DNA from: Octopus vulgaris
Taxonomy: Eukaryota
Assembly (NCBI GenBank): GCA_951406725.2
Contig: OX597833.1
Location: 39,432,001 to 39,496,000, forward strand
Length of the DNA stretch: 64,000 bases
Direction of reading: 5' to 3'
Shown piece by piece: positions 26,897 through 40,153 of this stretch. The position numbers were made by a program, and so were the translations under genes. The notes under the pieces were generated by a model. It did not search any database, was not told the DNA's origin, and saw nothing but the letters and a program-made list of their open reading frames with translations. Positions within the stretch are counted from its first letter, which is position 1. Each line of letters begins with the position of its first letter.

Positions 26897-27292
26897 ACTC
26901 TTATACTCTTTTACTCTTTTACTTGTTTCAGTCATTTGACTGTGGCCATGCTGGAGCACTGCCTTTAGTCGAGCACATCGACCCCAGGACTTATTCTTTG
27001 TAAGCCTAGTACTTATTCTATTGGTCTCTTTTGCCGAACCGCTAAGTTACGGGGACGTAAATACACCAGCATCAGTTGTCAAGCAATGTTGGGGGAGGGG
27101 GCAAACACAGACACACATATATATATACATACATGCGATGGGTTTCTTTCAGTTTCCGTCTACCAAATCCACTCACAAGGCTTTGGTCGACCTGAGACTA
27201 TAGTAGAAGACACTTGCCCAAGGTGCCACACAGTGGGACTGAACCCGGAACTATGTGGTTGGTAAGCAAGCTACTTACCACACAGCTACTCC
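26897..27292 (-). mobile_element. Type A SINE, well preserved
   Basis: Full head-to-tail match with CpGs retained. Confidence 0.9.
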
Positions 27293-27330
27293 AGCATACA
27301 TACATATATATATATATATATACATGTATG

Positions 27331-27786
27331 CACAAGGGGGTATCCAAATGTAACTGGAAATGTTCTCTGTGGGACAAGCTCATTGTAGTTCAGGCTTCTG
27401 CCACTAGAATCCACTTGGTGCAACTCTCAGGCATCAGTCTGCCAACCAGCTTCGTTGGATGAAGTCATTCTGTCACATGGTGTATCTTCATCTTGCAGTG
27501 CTTCTCCTCTGTTTGTCAATTTTTGTGATTGTGAAATTCTATTTTCTGCCAGGAAAAATAGTGGCTGAAACAGTAGTCATACAAGGACACAGCTTACAAG
27601 GATACTGCCATGAGCAAAACATAAGTTTACAAGTGGTCTTCCCATTTTAGGATTGGTCACTTGTCTTTTGAAGACTGACCTTGTTCAGGGCAACTGTCAA
27701 CCTTCTGAACGAATGAAAACATCACGAAAATCCATGAACTGATTTTGGAGGACTGTCACTGAACAATCGATGATATGACTGGTGTG
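27331..27786 (+). mobile_element. Mariner/Tc1 remnant (left end and decayed HTH region of transposase)
   Basis: TIR-like acaagggggtatccaaa; YKDTAMSKT*VYKW..F..G..SFED*PCSG...NENITKIHELILED. Confidence 0.7.
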
Positions 27787-27866
27787 GGACAAACACAGAC
27801 ATAAACACACACACACACACACATGCACACACACACCACCCATACATAAATACATACATACATATA

Positions 27867-28135
27867 TGGGGTTGGTGGTTGTCTACTCCTTATGCAGAGT
27901 TTGACCACCTCCTGTACCTACACCTAAGCACCATCATGGTGTCTGATGTGGCTTTTTAAACCAGACAATGTTCTGAAAAGACACCCACATAGATTACACC
28001 TCTGATTTGGACCACCAATACCTGCAGATAAGTTCTACTCTTTGTGGATCTTAACATGTCTTTTGAGGCCTCCGTTGGATTTGCAAACCTTCAGGCATAC
28101 TCTGCATTCAAAGGTGTGCAAAGACATATAGTCAG
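27867..28135 (-). mobile_element. RTE-BovB-like LINE 3' end with two C2H2 fingers
   Basis: FECRVCLKVCKSNGGLKRHVKIHKE*...CNLCGCLFRTLSGLKSHIRHHDGA*. Confidence 0.7.
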
Positions 28136-28139
28136 AATA

Positions 28140-28650
28140 GTTGCAATATACTTTGCTGTTGTGTTGTCACATGCTTTTCAAACGTCTGAGGAGGGCATTT
28201 ACATAAAATATCGAACAACAGGGAATGTTTTTATCTGACCAGACTGAAATTCAAAACTAAGGTTTTTATCTTTCTCGTTAGGGAACTTTTGTATGCTGAC
28301 AATTGCGATCTTGTCAGTTGTTCTGAAACAGATCTGTAATCTCTTGTATCTGCATTAGACTCAGCTTGTGATGATTTTGGCTTGACCATCAACTTGAAAA
28401 AAAAAACAGTTGTAATCCATCAACCTGCATGTGGTGCTGTTAGTAATCCCCTAAAATTTTTGTTGAGGGAAAGTTACATGAGTTTGTCAATTTGCTTGTC
28501 TACCTTGGAAGCTCTGTTTGAATGATGGAAATCTTGATACAGAAATACAGCTGCGAATTCAAAGGGCAGCAAAAGCATTTGGTGGCTTGGAGTCACACGT
28601 TTGGTGCCAGCAACATATAAATAAGAATACAAAGCTGGCTCTTTACAAAA
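28140..28650 (+). mobile_element. RTE-BovB-like RT fragment, opposite orientation to the adjacent 3' end
   Basis: GIYIKYRTTGNVF, RELLYADNCDL, FGLTINLKK, CYLGS, DTEIQLRIQRAAKAFG, TKLALYK. Confidence 0.8.
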
Positions 28651-28689
28651 CATACATACATACATATATGCATGCACACAGATGTATAT

Positions 28690-28873
28690 GTGATGGCTTC
28701 TTTCGATTTCTATTTATGAAATCCATTAACAATGCCTGAGGCTAAAGTAGAAGACACTTGCTGAAGGTGCCACACAGTGGGATTGAACCTGGAATCATGT
28801 GGTTGTGAAACAAGCTTCTTACCACACAGCCATGCCTGCACAACAAACATAGACAAAGATACATGCACATGTG

Positions 28874-28907
<34 letters not shown>

Positions 28908-29065
28908 ATGAGCTTCTTTCAGTTTCTATCTACCAAATCCCTTCACAGCTTTGGTCAGCCCAAGTTTATAGTAGAAATCACTTGCCCAAGGTGCCACGCA
29001 GTGGGACTGAACCCAGAAGCATGTGGTTGGGAAGCAAGTTTCTTACCGCACAGCCACACTTGCAC
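28690..29065 (-). mobile_element. Two type A SINE 5' halves
   Basis: aaggtgccac.cagtggga.tgaacc...caag.ttcttacc occurs twice. Confidence 0.8.
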
Positions 29066-29084
29066 CTATTTGATTACTTTTCTA

Positions 29085-29310
29085 GCATTCAGTTCTTTGG
29101 ACAAAATTCAGTTCTTCCAGTGGCATCAAAGGAAAACATTCCGTTCTTTAGACAAAGATCAGATCTTTCCTAGTGGCATTATATGGAGACATTTTCTTGT
29201 TTGGATAGAAGTTAGTTCTACCAATTGACAGATCATGGAAATACTCATTTCTTTGAACAGAAGTTAGTTCTGTCAACTAGCATTACATAGAGACATATGG
29301 TTTTTGCCAA
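29085..29310. repeat. Diverged tandem array, 4-5 units of ~52 bp
   Basis: catt..gttcttt.gaca.aa.t.agttct...tggcat recurs. Confidence 0.65.
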
Positions 29311-30359
29311 GAGGTGGGGGGTTCTTCTAAATAACACCCATTGAACCAGAATTTAGAATATTACCATGATACTGCTGTTAGTGTTCTTGCTAAACTCACA
29401 ATCATTCATTTTATGGAAACCATCATAATCATTTCAATTGGTTTCCAGGTGTGTATACCTGTATGTGTGTCTATATGTGTGTGTGTGGCATGTGTATAAG
29501 TGTGTGTGTGTGTGTGTAAGAGAGATAAAGATCAAGAAAACTGGAAAGGTATGCACGCTGGCAAACATATACACACACTTATATTTGTAAATACATATAC
29601 ACTTACACACACATACATATATACACAAACACATGCATTATATACACATATGCATACACATGTAAATCTAACATACATTTACATTACACTTACACACATA
29701 TACACTTACACATAAATACATATACACTTACACACACACACACACATGCACACAAACACACACATACATATACATATATACACAAACACATGCATTATAT
29801 ACACATATGCATACACATGTAAATCTAACATACATTTACATTACATCAGTTTTATTAGCCATTTCTACGATTCATTATTCATTACCAATTTTGAGTACCA
29901 TTTATTTATGGTTCTCCTATAGAATATAGAACTAAGCTGCACCAACTGTCCTGCATGCATAAATGCATGTAAAATTGTAAGCATGTATATGTAGATGCAT
30001 GCATGTAAGTATGTATGTGTGAGTAAATGCAAATATTTATGTATGAACGCACAAATGATATTATGTAGTCTTGCATATTTATAAATGTATACTTACAAAC
30101 ACACACGTACATAAAGGCATACACTCACACAGAAACAAGCACAGACACACACACATACACATACACATATACAAATGCACATGCACTCTCATACAAACAG
30201 GTATACACAAACACATGTATATCATTATATATCTATATCGTTATACATAAGCAAATGTAAATCAGTGCTCACAAACAGATGCATATATATATATATAAGT
30301 GTATCTATTTATCTATCTATCTATTTATCTGTCTATCTGTCTATGAATATGTGTGTGTA

Positions 30360-30408
<49 letters not shown>

Positions 30409-30524
30409 GAGTGTGATGTGTGTGTGCTTATATATATATATGTATACACATACATACATATACATATATATGTACACACACACACACATATGCACACACA
30501 CACGTACGCACACACATGCACGTG

Positions 30525-30569
<45 letters not shown>

Positions 30570-30837
30570 AGTATTATACTCCTCTGTTCTTGCAAATGAG
30601 TTAATTTAACTTGTTAGTTCTAAGAAAATTCCTTACAACTGCTCGGTCAAGTGCCTTCCACCACTTGGATGAACCAAATTCTTGTGAATAAAATTTGAAT
30701 ACGGAAGCTTTTTACATTTACTAATACCTTCCTGATAACCTGCATACATACTACATACGCACACACTTACACACACAACGCCCATATATGCGCATATATA
30801 TATATATCATCATCATCATCATTATCATCATCGTCAA

Positions 30838-31080
30838 CATCATCATCATTTTAATGTCCAACTTTCCATGCTCACATAGGTCAGGTGGAATTTGGTGAGG
30901 CCAAATTCTATGGCCCGGATGCCATTCCTGTCACAAGCCCCCCCCCTATTTCCATGTAAGGTAATATTTTTCTTTTTGGCTGGACATGTTTTCCTTGTTT
31001 TCATAGGTGTTTGGAATGAAGGACACCACTTGTATGACAGGGACACACATTTACAACAATTGTGTGATGTCAAGACAAGG
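30838..31080 (-). mobile_element. RTE-related 3' end fragment
   Basis: catcattttaatgtcca.ctttccatgct terminal block. Confidence 0.55.
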
Positions 31081-31204
31081 TGATACCTGCTCCCTCCCTC
31101 TCTCTCTCACACACATACATGCACACACATACACATGGGCACACATGCACATTCATCATTCACACGCATACACACACATTTAAATAGATAACTAAACAAA
31201 ACTA

Positions 31205-31216
31205 TAAATATGTGTG

Positions 31217-31302
<86 letters not shown>

Positions 31303-31375
31303 GTATATATATATGTATATATATATGTATATATATATGTATATATATATGTATATATATATATGTATATATATG

Positions 31376-31430
<55 letters not shown>

Positions 31431-31470
31431 ATATATATATGTATATATATATATACATATATAAATATAT
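31205..31470. repeat. (TA)n with periodic TG interruptions
   Basis: Directly visible. Confidence 0.95.
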
Positions 31471-31592
31471 CATCATCCTCATCATCATCGTTTAACGTCC
31501 GCTTTCCATGCTGGCATGGGTTGGACAGTTTAACTGAGGACTGGCACCAGGCTCCAATGTGACCAGGTAGAGTTTCTACAGTTGGATGCCCC
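31470..31592 (-). mobile_element. Short RTE 3' end
   Basis: catcatcgtttaacgtccgctttccatgctggcatgggttggac. Confidence 0.75.
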
Positions 31593-32151
31593 TATATGTA
31601 TATGTATTCTTTGATTTTTTAGTCTTTTATTTGTTCCAGACTGGAGCACTGCTATGTATGTATCTAATACACACCCACACACCACCACTCCCAGACAAAC
31701 AGTCACCCATTCACCCATAGTTTTTTTATAGATATTTCTATAGTGCATGAATTAAGGATTTGTGTTCTCTCCTAAAGAACCCAACTTCAGCCATGCTTTG
31801 CTCTTGATGGGTCAGTATGTATGTGTGTGTGTGTGTCTTTGTGCTTGTCCGCCACCAATTGATGTTGATTGGCTTATGCCTCTATAACTTAGAGGTTCAA
31901 GCGAGAGAGACCAACATAAAAAGTACCAGATATAAAAAATATATGTACTGGGGTTGATTTGTCCGACTAAAGCCTTTAAGATAGTGCTCCAGCATGGCTC
32001 AGTCGAATGTCTGAAACAAGTTGGAGATAAAATATAAAAGATATGGAGGGTAGACCTGTCAATCATTTAATTTAGATAGTTAATACAGGTCATCATTGAC
32101 TTATGACAACAATTGGTTCTGACTGACTGGTTGTAAATCAATTTGGTTGTA

Positions 32152-32540
32152 TAATAATGAAATTATTGTATACAGTGCTCAGGTGCACCACAACTTGTCA
32201 GAAAGTGCATATAAAGTACATGCAGTAATGTAGAAATGTCTGGAAAGTGAACAGTGTATGAGTCAGATACATGCTTGTGTGTGTATGGAGGGGAGAAAAT
32301 CAAGTGTAGTGTTGGCAAATCTCAGGAAGCATGGAAGTTTTGAAGGATGCAGTGCTCCGACAACTAACAACTGATGCCGGCAGTTTGTTCCATGCTTCAG
32401 CAACTCTCAGCGTGAAAAAATGTTTCCTGAAGTCATGGGAGCTGTGCTGTTTTCTTACTTTGTAAATATGTTCACGGGTGTTAGATGGGTGGAGTTTGAA
32501 AAGGTGCTCAGAGTTATTGTTTGTACGATGGTTGATCATT
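32152..32540 (-). mobile_element. CR1-type LINE 3' end
   Basis: ORF 32300-32539: NTREHIYKVRKQ..FRKHFFTLRVAEAWNKLPASVV. Confidence 0.85.
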
Positions 32541-32997
32541 TTATGGGTGTTGATGGTGTTGTACCATGGTTGATAATTTTATGGGTGTTGATAATTTTAT
32601 AGGCCTATATAGCTTTGTTTTATATTTTGACATTCTTAAGGTACATTCTCAGGTAAAAGTCACACACAACATTCTGTTTTATACTATTATAACTGGTGTT
32701 AGTCAAAAATTTCAGAGTCTCAAACAGTCGTCTTATAAACAAATACGAGGTCACTTCGATGTCTCCACGACAGGATATTCATCCAACACTCAGGATAGCC
32801 ACAGTGGTGATCAATAATCAAACCTAGTGGGAGTGTTAGTTAGCTGATATCATCTGTAGATAGGTTTTTTTACTACGATATTAAACCCATTAAATTTCAA
32901 CTGAAGTATTTATTATTGCTGCCAGGAGATGGCGTGCCAATCATCATGAAGTTGATTAGTCATAAGTCAGATAGGTCATAAGTTGATGACGACCTGT

Positions 32998-33400
32998 ATC
33001 ATCATCATCATCATCATCGTTTAACGTCCGCTTTCCATGCTAGCATGGGTTGGACGATTTGACTGAGGGCTGTCGAACCAGATGGCTACACCAGGCTTCA
33101 ATCTTGATCTGGCAGAGTTTCTACAGTTGGATGCCCTTCCTAATGCCAACCACTCCGAGAGTATAGTGGGTGCTTTTATGTGCCACCGGCATGGGGTCAG
33201 TCAGGTGGTACTGGAAACGACCTCGCTTGAATCTTTTACACATGCTACTGGCACAGGTACTTGTAAGGCGATGCTGGTAACAATCACGCTCAAATGGTGT
33301 CTTTTATGTGCCACTGGCACGGAGGCCAGATAGCCGCTCTGGGAACGATCACGCTCAGATGGTGCTCTTAACACTCTACTAGCATGGGGTTTGAGTGCCA
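32998..33400 (-). mobile_element. RTE 3'UTR copy
   Basis: (CAT)n-cgtttaacgtccgc...ggatgcccttcctaatgccaacc plus subrepeats. Confidence 0.85.
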
Positions 33401-33413
33401 ATGTGAATAAATA

Positions 33414-33630
33414 AGGCAGTGGGTTGGCAGAATTGTTAGCATGCTGAGAAAAATGCTTAGAAGTATTTCGTTTATCATTACAATCAGAGTTCAAATTCTG
33501 CCATGGTTAACTTTGCCTTTCATCTTTTTGGGATCGATAAAATAAGTACCAATCGATCACTGGAGTCCATGTAATTGACTTACCCCTTTTACCTGAAATT
33601 GCTGGCCTTGTGCTAAAGTTTAAAACCAAT
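33414..33630 (+). mobile_element. Type B SINE
   Basis: ggcagtgggttggcagaattgttagc...gagttcaaattc. Confidence 0.8.
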
Positions 33631-33730
33631 ATCTGTGAATAAATAAACAGATTTGACAAAATGAAGGAACTAGTTAGATAAATACATTGTTTCCAAGTTG
33701 TGTTTGGTTTAAGCAGCATTATCTTCATCG

Positions 33731-33765
<35 letters not shown>

Positions 33766-33969
33766 TGAAGGATTTTGGACAGGAGATTAAAATAAGTAAT
33801 AAATAAAAGGTCTGAAGTAATTAAGTTTTTCTCAGTATTATAATCATCATTATTATCCAATAGAGAACATTGAATCATTAAATTGAAAATAGTTGTACAA
33901 TTTAAAATGGGTTTTTATCTGAAAATGTTGAGGTATTTTCATCTAATTTTAAAAGACAGGGAATAGGAA

Positions 33970-34068
33970 TCTTCTTCTTCTTCTTCTTTTTCTTCTTCTT
34001 CTTCTTCTTCTTCTTCTTCTTCTTCTTCTTCTTCTTCTTCTTCTTCTTCTTCTTCTTCTTCTTCTTCT
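33970..34068. repeat. (CTT)n microsatellite
   Basis: Directly visible. Confidence 0.95.
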
Positions 34069-34425
34069 CACTATTGTTATTATTTTTATTACTAATCACC
34101 ATCATTTGTATTATTATTATTATTAATGTGAAGGTAAAACTACTTTGAAGACAGAATAAAGATTAAATTATATTTTATAAATTAATTTAAGATAATCCCT
34201 TTTTTTGTATTTCATCAATAAAGTGTTAAAGGATTAAGAGAATGGCAATTTATTACACTAATTTATTATATTGAATCATTTATGGTTTATGACTCAAGGG
34301 TTTCTTAAAATGATCTCTGTTTAGTGTAAAATGAAGAAAAGGTAATTTAATTTTGATTTAAATTTGTAAGTATAATAAATATTGTAAATCATTTTTTTTA
34401 AAGAAGATATGTATATATATATTTA

Positions 34426-35020
34426 TCATCATCATCATCGTTTAACGTCCGCTTTACATGCTAGCATGGGTTGGACGGTTCAACTGAGGTCTGGGAAGCC
34501 CGAAGGCTGCACCAGGCCAGTCAGATCTGGCAGTGTTTATATATATATATATATATACAGGCGTAGGAGTGGCTGTGTGGTAAGTAGCTTGCTTACAAAT
34601 TACATGGTTCCAGGTTCAGTCCCACTGCGTGGCACCTTGGGCAAGTGTCTTCTACTATAGCCTCGGGCCAACCAAAGCCTTGTGAGCTGGCAGAATTGGT
34701 AGCACACAGAACAAAATACTTAGCAGCCTTTCATTCATCTTTAAGTTCTAAGTTTAAATTCCACTGAGGTCGACATTGCCTTTTATTCTTGTGGGTTTGA
34801 TAATATAAGTACCAGTTAAGAACTGGGGTTGATGTAACCGACTAACCCCACCTCCCTGAAATTGCTGGCCTTGTGCCAAAACTTGAGACCAATATTTTAT
34901 ATGATTAAGGAGGTGAGCTGGCAGAATCATAAGCATGCTGAGCAAAATGCTAAGCAACATTTTGTCTGTCTTCACATTCTGAGTTCAAATTCCACCAAGG
35001 TCAACTTGCCTTTCATCCTT
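34426..35020. mobile_element. Cluster: RTE 3' end (-), type A SINE head (+), two type B SINEs (+)
   Basis: Diagnostic blocks of each family in succession. Confidence 0.75.
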
Positions 35021-35024
35021 TCTT

Positions 35025-35330
35025 CAAGTTGAGTAGCCCATCTAGCTCAAAAGGTCCCTGAATAAAGGTTGTTTAAGGATGTTGAATGAAACATCCATGT
35101 TTCTAGTGGTGAATTATTAAGACTCCGAAAAATTCCTCTCAGCACATAGCATAAACATGCTCAACTGGTTATGGTCAAACAACTAACAAGCAAATCTGTG
35201 GTATTGAGCAGAATAGTTGCTGTATCCCATCTTTTATATCAAGACAAAACATGTATATGATAACAATACTTGCAATTAGTTAAGATCAGAAGCCAAGGGA
35301 GCCACTGTTTGGTATTGCATCAGGGCATGT
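35025..35330 (-). repeat. Partial copy of the ~490-bp repeat
   Basis: Reverse complement of 38620-38905. Confidence 0.75.
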
Positions 35331-35332
35331 TA

Positions 35333-35678
35333 ATCATTATTGAGGGTGGAGAGGGAAGTGCTATCTTGTAGCAAGTTTGTTGAAAGGTGGGCGAATGTTG
35401 GAAGAATGGCCAGTGTGAAAGGACCAATTCTGAGCTTGCACCTGTAAACAAAAGGAGAAGGGCTCATGTCCTGTTGTTCAGGCACCTGTGGCTTTTGTGG
35501 GTTTTTCCACGAAGTCCTTAAAGTGCCTCCCCTATTGGGAGTTTTAATTTGTTTAATTTTAATTGCTAGTATATTGTTTACATGTTGTAAAACCCAGTGT
35601 ATCATCCTGTTTTGTTTTTTATGTTGTTGTATGTCTCTTAATGTAATTTTATATAAGCCCTTGTGGCCAATAAACGAA
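35333..35678 (+). mobile_element. L1/Tx1-like LINE 3' end
   Basis: LRVEREVLSCSKFVERWANVGRMASVKGPILSLHL*, then 3'UTR ending aataaac; homologous to 46500-46600 (-). Confidence 0.55.
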
Positions 35679-35681
35679 TTA

Positions 35682-35778
35682 ATTATTATTATTATTATTA
35701 TTACTATTATCATTATTATTATTATTATTATTATTGTTATTGTTATTATTGTTATTATTATTATTGTTGTTGTTGTTA

Positions 35779-35810
<32 letters not shown>

Positions 35811-35877
35811 GTTGTTGTTGTTGTTGTTATTATTATTATTATTATTGTTGTTGTTATTGTTATCATTATTATTATTA

Positions 35878-35942
<65 letters not shown>

Positions 35943-36015
35943 GTTGTTGTTGTTGTTATTGTTATTATTATTATTATTATTATTATTGTTGTTATTGTTA
36001 TCATTATTATTATTA

Positions 36016-36068
<53 letters not shown>

Positions 36069-36078
36069 GTTGTTGTTA

Positions 36079-36135
<57 letters not shown>
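35682..36135. repeat. Long compound (ATT)n/(GTT)n microsatellite
   Basis: Directly visible. Confidence 0.97.
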
Positions 36136-36329
36136 GGTGGTGAGTCGGCAGAATCACTAGCATGGTAGAATAAGTACCAGGCTTAAAAAGAGAACACGTA
36201 CTCAAGTCTAATAACTGAAACAAGTAAAATATTAAAAAAAAGAAAAAAAAAGAAGTGTATTAATTGCAAAAAGAATTTCCATACTTTTTATAGAGTAAAT
36301 GCTGTAAGTATTCTTATTACTCAAGTATG

Positions 36330-36880
36330 ATTTCAACTCTTTTCAGGATTTTCTGGCTTAGGTTGAAGGGGATATCTGCATCTTTCAATTTTTCAGATGT
36401 ATGAAGATAGTGATGTTTGATCAAATCTGTTTGGGTTTCTAAACATGTGAGTATGGGGATTGTACTTTTGTTGAAATGGTTTGATGCTATGCTTTTACAG
36501 ACCTTCTAGGTAGAATTTTCTACACAGTGCATTAGTAAATAGTGTCCTTAGTTAAGTATTTTGGGCCAGAAGAACATGAGTCAGTGTTGGGGCAGTTACC
36601 TTGTGTTTGAAGTTATTTGAATTTCAAGATATTGGATTTTGCAATCTTTTGGTCAAACTGGGAGAACTAAAATTTGAGATGAAGTACTCAATATATAATG
36701 TAGAGCAGAAAGCTTGTTAATTAAGATAATAGATTTAACAAGAATGGTTGTTATCACTCCCCTTAGAATTTGTTTGAGATCCTTGAAATATGGGAAGTTT
36801 AAGGTGAATGATAAGGTAATATTTGAAAGGATAGGTTCTGGTAATACTAGAATTTGTCTCACAATTGGTTGGTCAGTAAG
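36330..36880 (-). mobile_element. Highly decayed Penelope-like GIY-YIG fragment
   Basis: LNFPYFKDL... and GNCPNTDSCSSGPKYLTKDTIY*CTV resemble the CxC..C...IYxxxV block. Confidence 0.35.
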
Positions 36881-37269
36881 CCACTAGACACTATTAAATG
36901 CTTAGTTATGTAAATAATCCTTTCTGTTAGAGATACAAGATCTGAAATTTAGTGGGAGGTGTTTAGTAAATTACATTAACCACAGTGCTCAATTGGTACT
37001 TATTTCATTGACCCTGAAAGGATGAAAGGCGAAGTTGGCCTTGGCGGAATTTGAACTCAGAACATAAAGGTGGGAAAAATGCTTAATAGCATATTGTCTG
37101 GCATGCCAACGAGCTGCTTGTAGGTATGTAAATGATGTGGTTGGGGAGTAAATGGAATGTTTGTGTTTGGGATGAAAATAAGCAAGATGACCTCCGGGTC
37201 AACCATTCCACTATCACTTCAAATAAAGTCATTTAACATTAAATATTAATTATTTTCTTGTTTTGCTTG

Positions 37270-38395
37270 CCTCACTAGAATTTGGTGATTTAATAATACA
37301 ATAAATAAAAAAAAATGTTCTTGTCAATGATGCTGCTATCATCTTTAGCCTATTTCGATATTACACATGACTTCTTTCTCTGCATTATTATTAAAATATA
37401 AAAAGATAGGTTTATAAAATTTGTTATACTTTCAAATTTAAATATGATCAAAACGTTTGGTTTACATTCTTGTTTTCATATAACACTAAACAGGATACCA
37501 TTTCACAAACCACGAATCATAGACCATAACTGATTAAATATCTTAAATTAGGCTAATAAATCGCTATTCTCTTAATCCTTTAAAAGCTTTGTTAATGTAA
37601 CAATAACTAAAATTTCCACATTATTTACCATACACCACTTATTCTCTCCTTCAGCTCCACCAACTATGTCCTGTTACAAGTATTTATATTTAAAAACCAC
37701 TTACATCACTTATGACCCCTATTGCCTTCCATATCCCCATTTCTTTGTCTTCTTATAGTATTTTACAATTTATAACTAATAGTTCCTTTCAGAGCTTGCA
37801 ACATTCATGTCACCACAATTACCATCTTATATACTTAATTTCTCCAGTTTATCCCTATCTAACAATTTTATTTACTATATATTTCTTATTTAATACTATA
37901 CAACACACCTCAAAGACTCAAACACATTATTTTTTCATTTTATAAATCTCATTAGGATTTGATAATTTAATAACACAAGCAATTAAAATAATTCTTGTTA
38001 AAACTGATGCTGTCACCATTTTTACTATAAAGCTATTGTTATTATTTTTATTACATTAACTATATTAACTATATTATTCACATTACTTCTTTCTCTTCAT
38101 TATCATTAAAATGAAAGGAAAAAAAATAATTATCAATGTTTATTATACTTTCAAATTTAAACCAAAATTGAAATGCCTTTTCTCCATTTAACTCTGAACA
38201 GAAATAATTTTACAAACCATGAATTACAAAACCATAAATGATTCAATATCATAAATTAGAGTAATAAATTGTTATTCCCTTAATCCTTTAAATAGTTTAT
38301 TGATGTAATACTATCAACCAAAATTAATCTTAATTTATAAAATATAATTTAATTTTTACAGTAACGTTAAACTAAATTTTCTTTAACATTAATTA
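37270..38395. repeat. Two direct copies of an AT-rich ~350-400 bp repeat; inverted copy at ~34100-34400
   Basis: accataa.tgatt.aatatc.taaattag..taataaat...ttaatcctttaaa at ~37523 and ~38230; reverse complement at ~34230-34290. Confidence 0.7.
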
Positions 38396-38619
38396 TTACC
38401 ACTACAGATAATAGCAGCAGCAGCAACAACAACAACAACAATAATAGTTTCAAATTTTGCCACAAGAGCAGCTATTTTGGGATCAACCCCAGCGTTTCAC
38501 TGGTACTTAATTTATTGACTCTGAAAGGATGAAAGGTAAAGTCAACCTTGGGGGAATTTGAACTCAGAATGTATAATAATAATAATAATAATAATAACAA
38601 TAATAATAAGTGTTATCAT

Positions 38620-39108
38620 ATACATTGTTTTGTCTTGGTATAAAAGATGGGCTACAGCAAATATTCTGCTCAATATCACAGATTTGCTTGTCAGTTGTTT
38701 GACCATAACCAGTTGAGCATGTTCCTTAGTGGCTGACGATATGTGCAGTTCTGATCACAAGCAGAAGTAGTTGGGGAGCATCATAGCCATGTGTTGAGAG
38801 GAATGCTTTGGGGTTTGGATAGTTCACCTTCAGAAACATAGGTGTTTCGTTCAACATCCTTAAACAACCCTTATTCAGGGACCTTTTGAGTGGGATGGGT
38901 TACTTGACCAGAAGAAAATTCTAACTGGGCCCCACCTGCAAGGTCATACGCTGTTTATCTTGATATGAAATCACCATGTTGCACACATTTGGTTGTGATG
39001 CATGTTCCTGGTGTATCCTTATCAGACAGGTAGTCATGATGGGTATACTGGGCTTCGTATATTTTACCTTAGTGTCACTTTGATAGCCTGCACTGCTCTC
39101 TCACTCCA
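38620..39108 (+). repeat. ~490-bp interspersed repeat flanked by (TAA)n
   Basis: Collinear near-identical copy at 45093-45580. Confidence 0.85.
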
Positions 39109-39279
39109 TAATAATAATAATAATGATAATGATAATAACAGTTTCTTTGTTAGCAAACAAAGGCTTGAAGAAATACTAATCACACAACACATTCACGGTA
39201 GAATTACAAAGAAAGAAAGGAAAATGTGTAGTGTGTGAAATATGTTAACAAATATAAAGCGAGGTGGGTGAGAGATGTA

Positions 39280-39922
39280 GATGTTATGCAAAACATGGAA
39301 GGATGCATTAAGAATTTTGCACACACCCACACACTTGCATGCATAAGTGTATGCACTTGCAATCATACACACACATAGAACTTCACCATTCAATCTGACA
39401 GAAAGATAGATGCAAATAGGCCAGACAGTATATTGAAAGACTTCACACAAAAATCAGGCCTCCTCATTGATATCACTGTTCCAATTGATATAAACGTATC
39501 TGTCAAGACCTACCAAAAACTGAGCAAGTATAAAGATCTTGAAATAGAAATTAGCAAAATGTGGAACCTCAAGACTAAAACAATACCTGTTGTCATAAGT
39601 GCCCTAGGAATGATAGCAAAAGGGGCTGATTGCTACCTAGCTCTAATACCAGGAAGCCCCAAAATGGCAGAAATTCAAAAGATAGTTCTCATGGGAACTG
39701 CCCATTTCCTACGCAAAATACTGTCTATGTAATCTCAAGTTTTAAAACAAACATAATTTTCTTATGGTTTCTTAAACATTCCCTAGAACAACACTATGTA
39801 CAAAACCAAATATATGGAACCCAAGGCATAACACCAACATGAACTTCTAACTTGTCTCTTGAAGTCTCTGGGTGAAACTTGAGCCAACTTGTACAAATGT
39901 AAAGCAAAAGTCAAACATAAAG
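39280..39922 (+). mobile_element. R4/Dong-type LINE 3' end (restriction-like endonuclease and 3'UTR)
   Basis: NRPD..LLIDITVP..KLSKYKDLEIEISKMWNLKTKTIPVVISALG; ends in (TAA)n. Confidence 0.85.
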
Positions 39923-40153
39923 TAATAATAATAATCTTTTCTACTATAGGCAAAAGGCCTGAAATTTTGGGGACCCTACAGGGGTCAACTGCTACTTATT
40001 TTATCGACCATGAAAGGATGAAAGGCAAGTTTAAACACAGAACATAAAGGTGAACAAAATGCCACTAAGCATTTTATCCGGTGAGCTAAGAATTTTCCCT
40101 CTTTATTGATTTTTAAAAAGCTTCAACCTTTTTTTTATAAACCTGTTTTATAG

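Noticed and set aside
27924-28130. Host C2H2 zinc-finger gene
   Set aside because: Internal stop, no TGEKP linker and adjacent to RTE RT sequence
35330-36223. Longest ORFs in the track (poly-I, poly-L, poly-Y)
   Set aside because: (ATT)n/(GTT)n repeat read in stop-free frames
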